Shown in pieces: positions 39,641 through 50,200 of a stretch of 64,000 bases of DNA (position 1 is the stretch's first letter; each line of letters opens with the position of its first letter). Source of the DNA: Harriotta raleighana (Eukaryota); NCBI GenBank assembly GCA_050575255.1, contig JBNZDD010013709.1, forward strand, positions 4,317,963-4,381,962, read 5' to 3'. Both the position numbers and the translations under genes were made by a program. Below the pieces are notes generated by a model. It ran no database searches. It was not told the origin of the DNA and saw nothing but the letters and a program-made list of their open reading frames with translations.

Positions 39641-40591
39641 TGAGTGAATCAGTAATAATAGATGGTTTTTACCTATCAAAGGCTCCTTGCAGTATTTTAA
39701 ATTTAAATCTCACACCTCTCACCCTTTCTCAACGCTTCCCCCCAGCCTTAAATTATTGCCATTGAAAGCACCGGTCTGTCATTTTCTTCAGATTCCCAGG
39801 GAGAGAGATGGGGGTCACCTTGTGTTGTAGAGCTGGACAACAGTAATTGTGTTAATGAGGTGCCAGTTTTCCTCAAACATCCAGTCTTTCCACACAGTCA
39901 AGTCAGTCAGTGGCTGGTNGGGGGTGGGGGTCACCTTGTGTTGTAGAGCTGGACAACAGTAATTGTGTTAATGAGGTGCCAGTTTTCCTCAAACATCCAG
40001 TCTTTCCACACAGTCAAGTCAGTCAGTGGCTGGTGGAAGCTGCTGGAGTTTCCTGACTCTACTCTTCCCCCAAGTGGTGATGGACTTTTTACACTGGTTT
40101 TATTCTTCGCCACCAGGTAAAGAAACGCTCTTTGTGTATGTCCACAGTACACACAGTACACAGTGCTGTACATAAGGACGTTTGAAAGGTGATCTGAAAG
40201 CTCAGGCTGCAAAAGCCAAACAACGCACCTCAGAATGAGAGAAAGCTCACTTTCACCCCTGACTTGCTTTGCCCTCACCCCCCCACACCCCACATTTGTC
40301 TCTATCCCCTCTCCCACACCCCCCCTCCCACACCATCCCACCCCCCCCATCCCAAATGGCCCGCTAAGCAACAACAGGACACGAGCATAGCTTGAAACCC
40401 CTTCCAGATTGTGTGTGGTGTCCGATCTTCAGCCCAACAGCAACATTATTTAACGAGCAAACACTAAACGATTAGATAAGATAGCAAAGCTCATGCACTT
40501 AGCTAGTAACTGTACCCCCCTCCCCCCCGAGAGTAACCTGCTTTCCTGTCTCTTTTGGTGATCTCTTCACCCCCATCCCCCCTCCCCACAG
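39641..40591 (+). pseudogene. Degenerate (frameshifted) long SS5 exon extension homologous to the proline-rich inserts of NRXN2/NRXN3
   Basis: Colinear peptide blocks in shifting frames: VSESVI (39641), TSHPFSTLPPSLKLL (39714), IAIEST (39755), GSPCVVELDNSNC (39812), DSTLPPSGD+DF+YTGF (40055-40101), FE-GDLKAQAAK (40181), PKWPAK (40351), LKPLPDCVWCP (40392), [12 protein letters not shown]|ANPT (40555). These match the recalled NRXN3/NRXN2 insert in order. An in-frame TAA at 40534-36 blocks read-through into the last exon. Confidence 0.7.
39809..40034 (+). repeat. 110-bp exact tandem duplication around a single N (probable contig-overlap artefact)
   Basis: 39809-39918 is repeated at 39925-40034, with N at 39919. 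Confidence 0.85.
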
Positions 40592-40896
40592 CAAACCCAA
40601 CCGGACCAGGGGGCAGAGGCTTCCCGGGTACAGCCGAAGTGATCCGGGAGTCCAGCAGCACCACTGGGATGGTGGTGGGGATAGTGGCGGCGGCCGCCCT
40701 GTGTATTCTCATCCTCCTCTACGCCATGTACAAGTACAGGAACAGGGACGAAGGCTCCTACCACGTAGACGAGAGCAGAAACTACATCAGTAACTCGGCG
40801 CAGAGCAATGGGGCCGTGGTGAAGGAGAAGCCAGTGAACAATGCCAAAAACTCCAGCAAAAACAAGAAGAATAAGGATAAGGAGTACTACGTCTGA
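40592..40896 (+). CDS. NRXN1: Neurexin terminal coding exon: juxtamembrane, TM helix, 4.1-binding motif and C-terminal PDZ ligand (KEYYV)
   Basis: Acceptor cctccccacAG at 40590-91. Translation [113 protein letters not shown] and [12 protein letters not shown], plus the GGL donor, point to NRXN1 rather than NRXN2/3. Family assignment is near certain; paralog assignment is less so. Confidence 0.93.
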
Positions 40897-42530
40897 ATCG
40901 TGCACTTAATAATAATCATCATCATTTTAAAAAAAAGGCTTGTTTTAAAGAAAAAAGGAGAGAGAGAGAAAAAAAGTGTGTGAGAGAGAGAGAAAAAAAC
41001 ACACACAGAAAACAAAAAAAATCTTTTATCTTCGTTTTATCAAAAGACACGATAAACCCCCCCCCCCCCCAAACGAAAACGGAAAAAAAAAACTGATTTA
41101 CTTTTTTTTTGCAAAGCACACAGGACAAAAGACAGTAAACGTGATTTGGAAAGAAAAGACAACAGTTTGTAAAGTAAACATTTGAACATTTCAAGCTGGT
41201 ACCGAAGTCTCCTAATTGTTCACAGTGTTTTCATTCGCCCTGTCTTCTTGTTGTCTGGGACTTTTTACTGTGAAGACAACAGCATGAAGCATTCATAACG
41301 AAGAGTATTACAACATTGCACAAAGAATCTACCTGTTGTCAATGAATTTTTTTCAGCCAAAGTGCTAAAAACAATTGTGCAACACAGCCGAAGTCCTATT
41401 ACTTCGAGAAAGTTAATATTAGCAAACCTTAGAAGGTTAAAAAAAAGGGTTTATATCATCTTTGCATCAATGGGAGACCTGTGTTTAAAAGAGCTGGCTA
41501 CAAAAAAAACAAGACTAATGTTTAAAAAGTAGTATAAAGTGGAATAATGCCTTTCTGGTTGTAAGAAGTAAGGAAGCCTTAATTTCATTCTACCTGAAAT
41601 GTAAGGCATGGATTATATACAGATAAAAGAAAGCATAGATACAATCATTTGAAAAAATTTCATGCACGCTAATATGTTACTACATACATTTATACAAACA
41701 TGTATATGTGCTTTCTGGACTGTGACGAGTGATGTTTTATAGCCTGTTGTATAGAAAATGCAAAATATCTCTGCTATCCAGACATTTTTGGTAAACGTAT
41801 TGTTATAGTGTAGCTAGATATAGTCCAGGTTTGAAGTTATTGGTGATTTCTGCAAGGCAGCCGTCATTAATAGCGTCCAAACAGTTTTTTAAATTTCCAT
41901 TGTAATGAATGTCTACCATATATGTAGGAGGGTTATACATATGAATGTAAATATGATTTAGCTGAAAATTTCGTTATTAACTGAGGCGGTTAGAAAAATG
42001 AATCTCTTTTAATGTTTCACTGAGGGTTTTTTTTTGTTGTGTGAGAAGAGAAGCGAGTTTACCCCATCCCCCCCCCCACCACCCCAACCAAATGCTGCGA
42101 AATTAATACAGATCCTTCTGTTCAGTCGACCAATTTGAAATTGGTTTCAATCCTTTCACCTTTTATATGTTTGCTGTACGTACCCGGTGGGGCGGGGGGG
42201 AAGAGAAATGCTGAAACCAACGGAATCAATCGTTTGCAAGACGCATTTTAGTATTGCTCAGTATCAGTGTATTTTGCTTCATGGAAACCCCCCCGAATAT
42301 TAACAGAATCATTGCTGGAATATTTCCTATTTCTGGGTTTATTTTGGGGTGGGGGGGGTTTAATCATTATGGACATTTTCATTTTTAACCAGATAATACA
42401 GTCCTTGACTCTCCGTTTTGAAAGTTCTGTGTAAGAAACATTAAAGTAAAATAGCTCCATACGAGATTGCGTTATTTGGCTTTTTATGTTATTTTCGGAC
42501 AATTTCACAGCAATAAAAGCCCTGTTATAA
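40897..42530 (+). other. NRXN1: Neurexin 3' UTR (end uncertain)
   Basis: Follows the TGA. It is free of SINEs/LINEs, unlike the introns, and AU-rich. Contains a Pumilio-type TGTAAATA at 41946-41953 and AATAAA at 42512-42517; a second AATAAA at 43357-43362 could extend the UTR. Confidence 0.7.
42512..42517 (+). promoter_or_regulatory. Candidate polyadenylation signal AATAAA
   Basis: Canonical hexamer ~1.6 kb after the stop codon, preceded by U-rich sequence. No transcript evidence. Confidence 0.45.
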
Positions 42531-43506
42531 TATACTCCGGACCAATACAAAGGGAATATATTAGATTCTGAGGGTGCACTTGAAGGGAAACCCGCTGAAT
42601 TGCTCGGGAGACCTCCTGGGAGGAAAATAGATGCTCACACATTCAAACAGGAAGGAGGAATTTAAAATTCGCTTCAAGAGCGGTGGGGGCCACAACATCA
42701 GCAGGGGACTGTTGTACTTTTGTGTCTGTAGTCACTCAGACATCAGGTTGACTTTTTCCAGCAATTCATGACATTCGCTGTGTACGCCATAGATAAATCA
42801 TTGTCCTAAATAGAAGAAAAGCGAAATGATTAAATCCCAAACAGCATAGACAGACAGACACACACACACAAACTGACTCCCTATAGCGCATCGATCAGCA
42901 GCTGGAAGGTGTGGGGAAGGATTAAAAACAAGTTAACGTTTTGTGTAATCCTTTTCACCAGAATGCTTTTCTTTTTTGCTTTGATTTTCTTTCCAAATCC
43001 ACCATTTCTCGCCTGCTTTGTGTGTTTTTCTTTTGCCAAACCGTGAATTGGGCGATAGGAGTCCTGTCTGCCAGAGAGAAAGAGAAAAGAGAGAGGGAGA
43101 GAGATTATTTGAATGGGATGCAGAAGTGGTCGCGAAAACATCATTTGACAATACCTCTTTAATCTTGTGTGTGTGAGAGAGAGACAGAGAGAGGAATCAT
43201 GCATCGATTTTATTCCCACACCTGAGAAATCGAGACAAGTGTGTTTTCACCTGATTCATCCAATTGAGACAGATGTATCTCAAGAAGTAAGCCAGTGGTC
43301 AAAAACACTTCCTTCAAAGTGATTGAACATTTAGCACAAAATGTATGACATTTTGCAATAAATTTATGTTTGCGCACAGAACCATCATCCATTTGAGGAA
43401 TTCAAACTTTTTTTTTTAGCAAGAGAGGCAACAGAAAGACTATGTAAGACAGGTAAATGGTTCCCACGGTTCTAACATTGAAGGGTGTGTGTGTGTGTGT
43501 GTGTGT

Positions 43507-44414
43507 NNNNNNNNNNNNNNNNNNNNNNNNNNNNNNNNNNNNNNNNNNNNNNNNNNNNNNNNNNNNNNNNNNNNNNNNNNNNNNNNNNNNNNNNNNNNNN
43601 NNNNNNNNNNNNNNNNNNNNNNNNNNNNNNNNNNNNNNNNNNNNNNNNNNNNNNNNNNNNNNNNNNNNNNNNNNNNNNNNNNNNNNNNNNNNNNNNNNNN
43701 NNNNNNNNNNNNNNNNNNNNNNNNNNNNNNNNNNNNNNNNNNNNNNNNNNNNNNNNNNNNNNNNNNNNNNNNNNNNNNNNNNNNNNNNNNNNNNNNNNNN
43801 NNNNNNNNNNNNNNNNNNNNNNNNNNNNNNNNNNNNNNNNNNNNNNNNNNNNNNNNNNNNNNNNNNNNNNNNNNNNNNNNNNNNNNNNNNNNNNNNNNNN
43901 NNNNNNNNNNNNNNNNNNNNNNNNNNNNNNNNNNNNNNNNNNNNNNNNNNNNNNNNNNNNNNNNNNNNNNNNNNNNNNNNNNNNNNNNNNNNNNNNNNNN
44001 NNNNNNNNNNNNNNNNNNNNNNNNNNNNNNNNNNNNNNNNNNNNNNNNNNNNNNNNNNNNNNNNNNNNNNNNNNNNNNNNNNNNNNNNNNNNNNNNNNNN
44101 NNNNNNNNNNNNNNNNNNNNNNNNNNNNNNNNNNNNNNNNNNNNNNNNNNNNNNNNNNNNNNNNNNNNNNNNNNNNNNNNNNNNNNNNNNNNNNNNNNNN
44201 NNNNNNNNNNNNNNNNNNNNNNNNNNNNNNNNNNNNNNNNNNNNNNNNNNNNNNNNNNNNNNNNNNNNNNNNNNNNNNNNNNNNNNNNNNNNNNNNNNNN
44301 NNNNNNNNNNNNNNNNNNNNNNNNNNNNNNNNNNNNNNNNNNNNNNNNNNNNNNNNNNNNNNNNNNNNNNNNNNNNNNNNNNNNNNNNNNNNNNNNNNNN
44401 NNNNNNNNNNNNNN
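43507..44414. other. Assembly gap (N run)
   Basis: 908 N; starts at a (GT)n microsatellite. Confidence 0.99.
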
Positions 44415-46837
44415 ACCACCCCAACCAAATGCTGCGAAATTAATACAGATCCTTCTGTTCAGTCGACCAATTTGAAATTGGTTTCAATCCTTTCACCTTT
44501 TATATGTTTGCTGTACGTACCCGGTGGGGCGGGGGGGAAGAGAAATGCTGAAACCAACGGAATCAATCGTTTGCAAGACGCATTTTAGTATTGCTCAGTA
44601 TCAGTGTATTTTGCTTCATGGAAACCCCCCCGAATATTAACAGAATCATTGCTGGAATATTTCCTATTTCTGGGTTTATTTTGGGGTGGGGGGGGTTTAA
44701 TCATTATGGACATTTTCATTTTTAACCAGATAATACAGTCCTTGACTCTCCGTTTTGAAAGTTCTGTGTAAGAAACATTAAAGTAAAATAGCTCCATACG
44801 AGATTGCGTTATTTGGCTTTTTATGTTATTTTCGGACAATTTCACAGCAATAAAAGCCCTGTTATAATATACTCCGGACCAATACAAAGGGAATATATTA
44901 GATTCTGAGGGTGCACTTGAAGGGAAACCCGCTGAATTGCTCGGGAGACCTCCTGGGAGGAAAATAGATGCTCACACATTCAAACAGGAAGGAGGAATTT
45001 AAAATTAGCTTCAAGAGCGGTGGGGGCCACAACATCAGCAGGGGACTGTTGTACTTTTGTGTCTGTAGTCACTCAGACATCAGGTTGACTTTTTCCAGCA
45101 ATTCATGACATTCGCTGTGTACGCCATAGATAAATCATTGTCCTAAATAGAAGAAAAGCGAAATTATTAAATCCCAAACAGCATAGACAGACAGACACAC
45201 ACACACAAACTGACTCCCTATAGCGCATCGATCAGCAGCTGGAAGGTGTGGGGAAGGATTAAAAACAAGTTAACGTTTTGTGTAATCCTTTTCACCAGAA
45301 TGCTTTTCTTTTTTGCTTTGATTTTCTTTCCAAATCCACCATTTCTCGCCTGCTTTGTGTGTTTTTCTTTTGCCAAACCGTGAATTGGGCGATAGGAGTC
45401 CTGTCTGCCAGAGAGAAAGAGAAAAGAGAGAGGGAGAGAGATTATTTGAATGGGATGCAGAAGTGGTCGCGAAAACATCATTTGACAATACCTCTTTAAT
45501 CTTGTGTGTGTGAGAGAGAGACAGAGAGAGGAATCATGCATCGATTTTATTCCCACACCTGAGAAATCGAGACAAGTGTGTTTTCACCTGATTCATCCAA
45601 TTGAGACAGATGTATCTCAAGAAGTAAGCCAGTGGTCAAAAACACTTCCTTCAAAGTGATTGAACATTTAGCACAAAATGTATGACATTTTGCAATAAAT
45701 TTATGTTTGCGCACAGAACCATCATCCATTTGAGGAATTCAAACTTTTTTTTTTAGCAAGAGAGGCAACAGAAAGACTATGTAAGACAGGTAAATGGTTC
45801 CCACGGTTCTAACATTGAAGGGTGTGTGTGTGTGTGTGTGTGTGTGTTTGAGGTGGGGGGAGTATTTTAGATGCTTTATAATTCCACAATTGCTGCAGAA
45901 GATAGTATGGTTACACAGTGGACCATATTTACAGGTGCATCACCTTTTGCAGTGACACTGTGCTGTGCACCTGAGTGGTGGTTTATAGTCCAGCGACTCA
46001 TTACATATTTTCCCTGCCAGGAAACTTAAGGCAGAGCTGAGGAGGTCTAGCGTTGAGATGAACCAAGCAGTGCAGCCAAGAGCCAAAAGGCACTTGCGGC
46101 TGGTTGCGATTACATTGTCTGGGTGACAGAGGACAAGTACACAATAGGATCTGCCCCACTGTAAATGATCGATGGGGTCAACGGGTGAACAATGGAATAT
46201 AAAAAAAGACTTGTTTTACTTTAATCAATCTCCGCATCTCTAAACATTCCCAAGACGGTCAGCGGTGCCCTAGAACATCCAAGCAAACCAGAATCTTTAG
46301 ATAGACCAGCGCTCATCTTGAGTTTGCTCATTACTATTGCCAAGGTGGTTTGCACAGCAGTTTGGTTGAAACATCTGCGCCCAAAGCAACTCTTGTTTCT
46401 GCCCCTCCTCCCCCACCTCCCCCACACGTCTTAAACTACCTACAGCCCCAGAGCATGGCAGTTTCCAAAACTCATTTAGGTTGATACTGTCTGGTACTGT
46501 AATGTGTTGTGTTTTGGCAAACTCTTGTTTTCAAACTGTATGAACTTTTACTTCTGAATGAAGCATTTCAAACAAGGTAAAAAAAAACAAGCAAACGCCA
46601 TTCTGAAGCCCCGTCCTTCTAGTGCTTTGTGTGATAAATATTGGAAGAACAGTTTGTTGCAAAAGCCAAGTTAACCATTATGGAAAATGCTAAGCCAGTG
46701 GAATTTACTGTTTTTGTTAATAAAATGTTTCTTATAATAGAAACCTTGTGACATACACTTTCATTTTCTACACTACAACACATAAGCAAATAAAAGGCTA
46801 ACTCATAGGTAAATAGTGGAGTAACATATAATATTAA

Positions 46838-47224
46838 TAATGATAATAATAATCCTTGCATTTGATACCGACTATTTTCACATCACTGAGACATCTTAAG
46901 AGAATATGTTGTAAAGGGAATTTATTGTATGCTTTATGGGTGAATCGCAGCAACCAATTGCATATAGCAGTGTCCCACAAAGAGTTGTGGATTAATTGAC
47001 CAAATAATTCTTATTTAAAATTTTATTTTGGAGGAATTATGATACCTGCCAAATTTTATTTTGAAGGGATTATGATGCCCGCCAAATGCCGAACAACTAG
47101 GTTCCTACCTATTGCTGGGTAAACAGAATCTTATGGAAACTTGCCTAAAGTTTTGCCCTGTCTGGGAATCGAACTCGGGTCCTCTCAGTTGTGAGGCGAG
47201 TGCTCTAACCAATGTGCTACAGGA
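46838..47224 (-). mobile_element. tRNA/Deu SINE (longer variant)
   Basis: Reverse-complement tail, core and head, with extra middle sequence. Confidence 0.8.
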
Positions 47225-50200
47225 TTTCTTAAACACAGGTCTGATAGAATATTTTCCACAATTGCGCTCAGAAAATACACAGTCAATTCACTTTACAATA
47301 TATTCTATGAAGCGGTTTGAGAGGTCTCAATGACATGATAAAGCGCTACATCAAATGTAAGGATTGTTATATGATTTTTACTGAGAATTTTACTCCCAAT
47401 TGTACCCAACCCTTATCCATTTCCACACAAGTTTTATCCTAGAGATGGGCTAATAATCCATATGTGTCATTAGCTTTTTTTATATAATACTGGAGTTCTA
47501 GCCATCATCTAATATTCTACCAATGGTCTGATGCAATGTGCACTAGTGGAACAGGTTTCCAAGAATGGTGGTTGAGGGTGAGACACTGGAACCATCTTGA
47601 AACAAAAGCTTCATGTTGTGATCCGAGGATAGTGGGGTGGGTATTTTGGAAGGATGACATTACATGGGTCGAATGACCTACTTTATTTCTTATGCTGTGT
47701 TTGTACTATTATTATAAAAGACTTGTTGTTTTATTTCTTAGAAGACAAGCCTTTCATCTTAAGCTCGTTGAATCCGTAAATATACTGAGATAAAGGTTTG
47801 GTTTGAGGCAAAATGCCCAAACTGCCTTGAGGGCCTGATGCTGAAAACATTCCTTTGTCAAATATGCTGAGTAAAGTGAACATTGTGGGCGGCAGATTAA
47901 CTGCAGAAGCGGTTTAGGATTTAAATATTGTCAGTATGTATAGGAAATCCAGTTTAGAGCACCAGTCTTAATATTCTGTTAAGACGTCTCAGTGATGGGA
48001 AAATGCCCTGCATCAAACCAAGGATTATTATTATCATTATTATTAGAAGTTACTCTACTGTTTTCTTATGACAAGTGATAAGATTTATTTGCAATCCTAA
48101 CACTATTTGTAATTCTGTATCTTAAAATACTCCAATTGATAGTTGGAGCAAATTAAACATTTTTGCACTGTTGTCATTATCTGAAACGTAAAACCAGAAA
48201 CTGAGGCTGGTCATCCGGGCCTAGAAATATTTTGTTCCTGCATACATGAAGACATGCAATAGGGTTTAAATCAGGTGCTTTTGAAATGCTTTGGGTGCTA
48301 AAGTCATGTGGCCTCATGAGCATTTGCAATCCTGCAAAATGTTGCAACCAAAATATATTTATTTGGTAAATCTATTTGGTGAATGAGTTATTCTGGATCT
48401 CTGCTTCCCATATTCTCTCCAACATTAGGAACCCCAAGCCTATCAACCCTTCCTACCTCAGCTCAGCTGGCTCCCCATTCCTCCCAAAAGATCATATTTC
48501 AGGATCCTCAAACTTGCATTCAAATCTATCCACCTAAAGCTTTTTCTGCAACCTCCTGCAACCTGACCATTCACCGTCCTCCTTCATGTTCCCCTTCCAA
48601 TACACCCACCATCAGTGGATGCGCTTCCTTCCCCACCTTGAAAGACAGTCTTGAGATCTACTTTTTGAGCATACTTTTTGACAACTATACCCCACCACAC
48701 CCTCTCCTATACCAACAGCAGCCCCAATGAAGTTGCATGAAGTGCATTAAACATTCTCCTGATGTGAATGAACCTATTTAAGTGCACAGTTGTTGTTAAA
48801 TTTTTAGATAAATACTTAAATATGGTGGCTTTTCAGATTGAACTTGATTCCATCATTTTGGGAGGGGAGGAGAGAGAAAGACAGGGTGATTGGTTGGCAA
48901 TGGGGACATAACGTTACAATGAGGTCTATAATGCAAGTTGGGTGAACAGTTCATGGGCTAATCATGCTTACAGGGGGCCCCTCATTATGCAATTAATCAC
49001 CAATCCAAGGTGACACTTCCATTGCTTCATTATATAATAAAGAACACTTATTAGCATTTACATGTGGTTAGCCCATGCACTATCAACCCAATCTATATAT
49101 TTTTACACCAATATATTAAATGCAAGGGAAAGTTCCATGAAAATACAGATCAGTGGAAAAAATAACAGCAGCTCTGACAAGAGGTGAAGTAAACCCTGAT
49201 AGAACCATGAGAGCAGGTAACACATTACATGAATACAATTTAACCACTCTAGTTAAAATAGTTAATGCACAACAGCTGAATTACTTCTATTTTGTTGATG
49301 AACACTCTTCAGTTTGAGAGGCTCATCTTACTGCCGGCATACAGGATCATTGAGTTAAATGTTTGGTATAACTGGCAGCCAAGAGGGTGAATTTGAACTC
49401 GATCAAACCTGAAACATAATTGACTGGAATCCGGATTCAGCAGTGATTGAAGGCGCCATTGAACTGAGGGATTGCAACATATGGTGTGAGTCAGTCTCCA
49501 TTGGCAAGTGTGAGGGACTGTGCACTGTATTTTTTTGAATCTATCACTTGTTTTTGCTCTCTATGTGGTATGAATCTAATATGTATTTATATATTATGTT
49601 CTGGTTCCTGTAGTCCAGGTAACTCTTACCAATATTTTTCTCTGCAAATATGAGTTTGACATCTTTGTATTTTTAAGTTTCTAATTATCCTTCTGCTTCA
49701 TTCAACTTGATTTTGAATGAGGTTTTTTCAATTATTTATGCCTCATGTAAAAGGGTGTGTGTGTTTTCTTCTGCTCTATTTCTCCTCATCTTTAATATGT
49801 TGTAAATGTGGTAGGTTGAACATGTAGGCTGTAGCGATGTCAAATTAATGGGCCTAATGAAATGTTTCTGGCTACACGGAGCAGATAATTGAAAAAATAG
49901 TGGGGTCTAAAAAGCAATAGTTACAAACGGAGTTGCAAATACATTGTAGTCCCTTTATAATATGTTTCTTTGGTTATAAAACTGTTGGGGTTTGGACACC
50001 AATGCACATTGTGAAGCCACCCCACTTGCTTCCCACCCACTCCAGCCCTCGCGCTTAAATTTTCCAACCTCAGGCACATTAGCGTATCACTGGCATCGCT
50101 CTATATGCGATGCTGGTGGTACACACAGGAAGCAATGTCATAGAGCCCTGATATTCTCCCCCTCCCATAAATCAGCCATTTCAGCTTCCTGCATATAGCA

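Larger units (their letters stand above)
42078..45843 (+). repeat. 1429-bp duplication across an N gap (probable haplotype false duplication)
   Basis: 42078-43506 is repeated at 44415-45843 (offset 2337). Two substitutions were spotted by eye (42670 C/45007 A; 42828 G/45165 T). Confidence 0.85.

Noticed and set aside
40555-40591. ORF-track start (TTG) '[12 protein letters not shown]' as the N-terminus of a stand-alone 113-aa protein
   Set aside because: It is the polypyrimidine tract/acceptor of the last exon (and the tail of the fossil extension). An in-frame TAA lies at 40534 and there is no ATG.
43402-44588. 300+ aa ORFs in several frames
   Set aside because: They are translations of the N gap; the same applies to 57247-58167.
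42248-45729. Duplicated sets of small ORFs suggesting a tandem gene pair
   Set aside because: Chance ORFs in UTR/downstream sequence, doubled by the probable false duplication.
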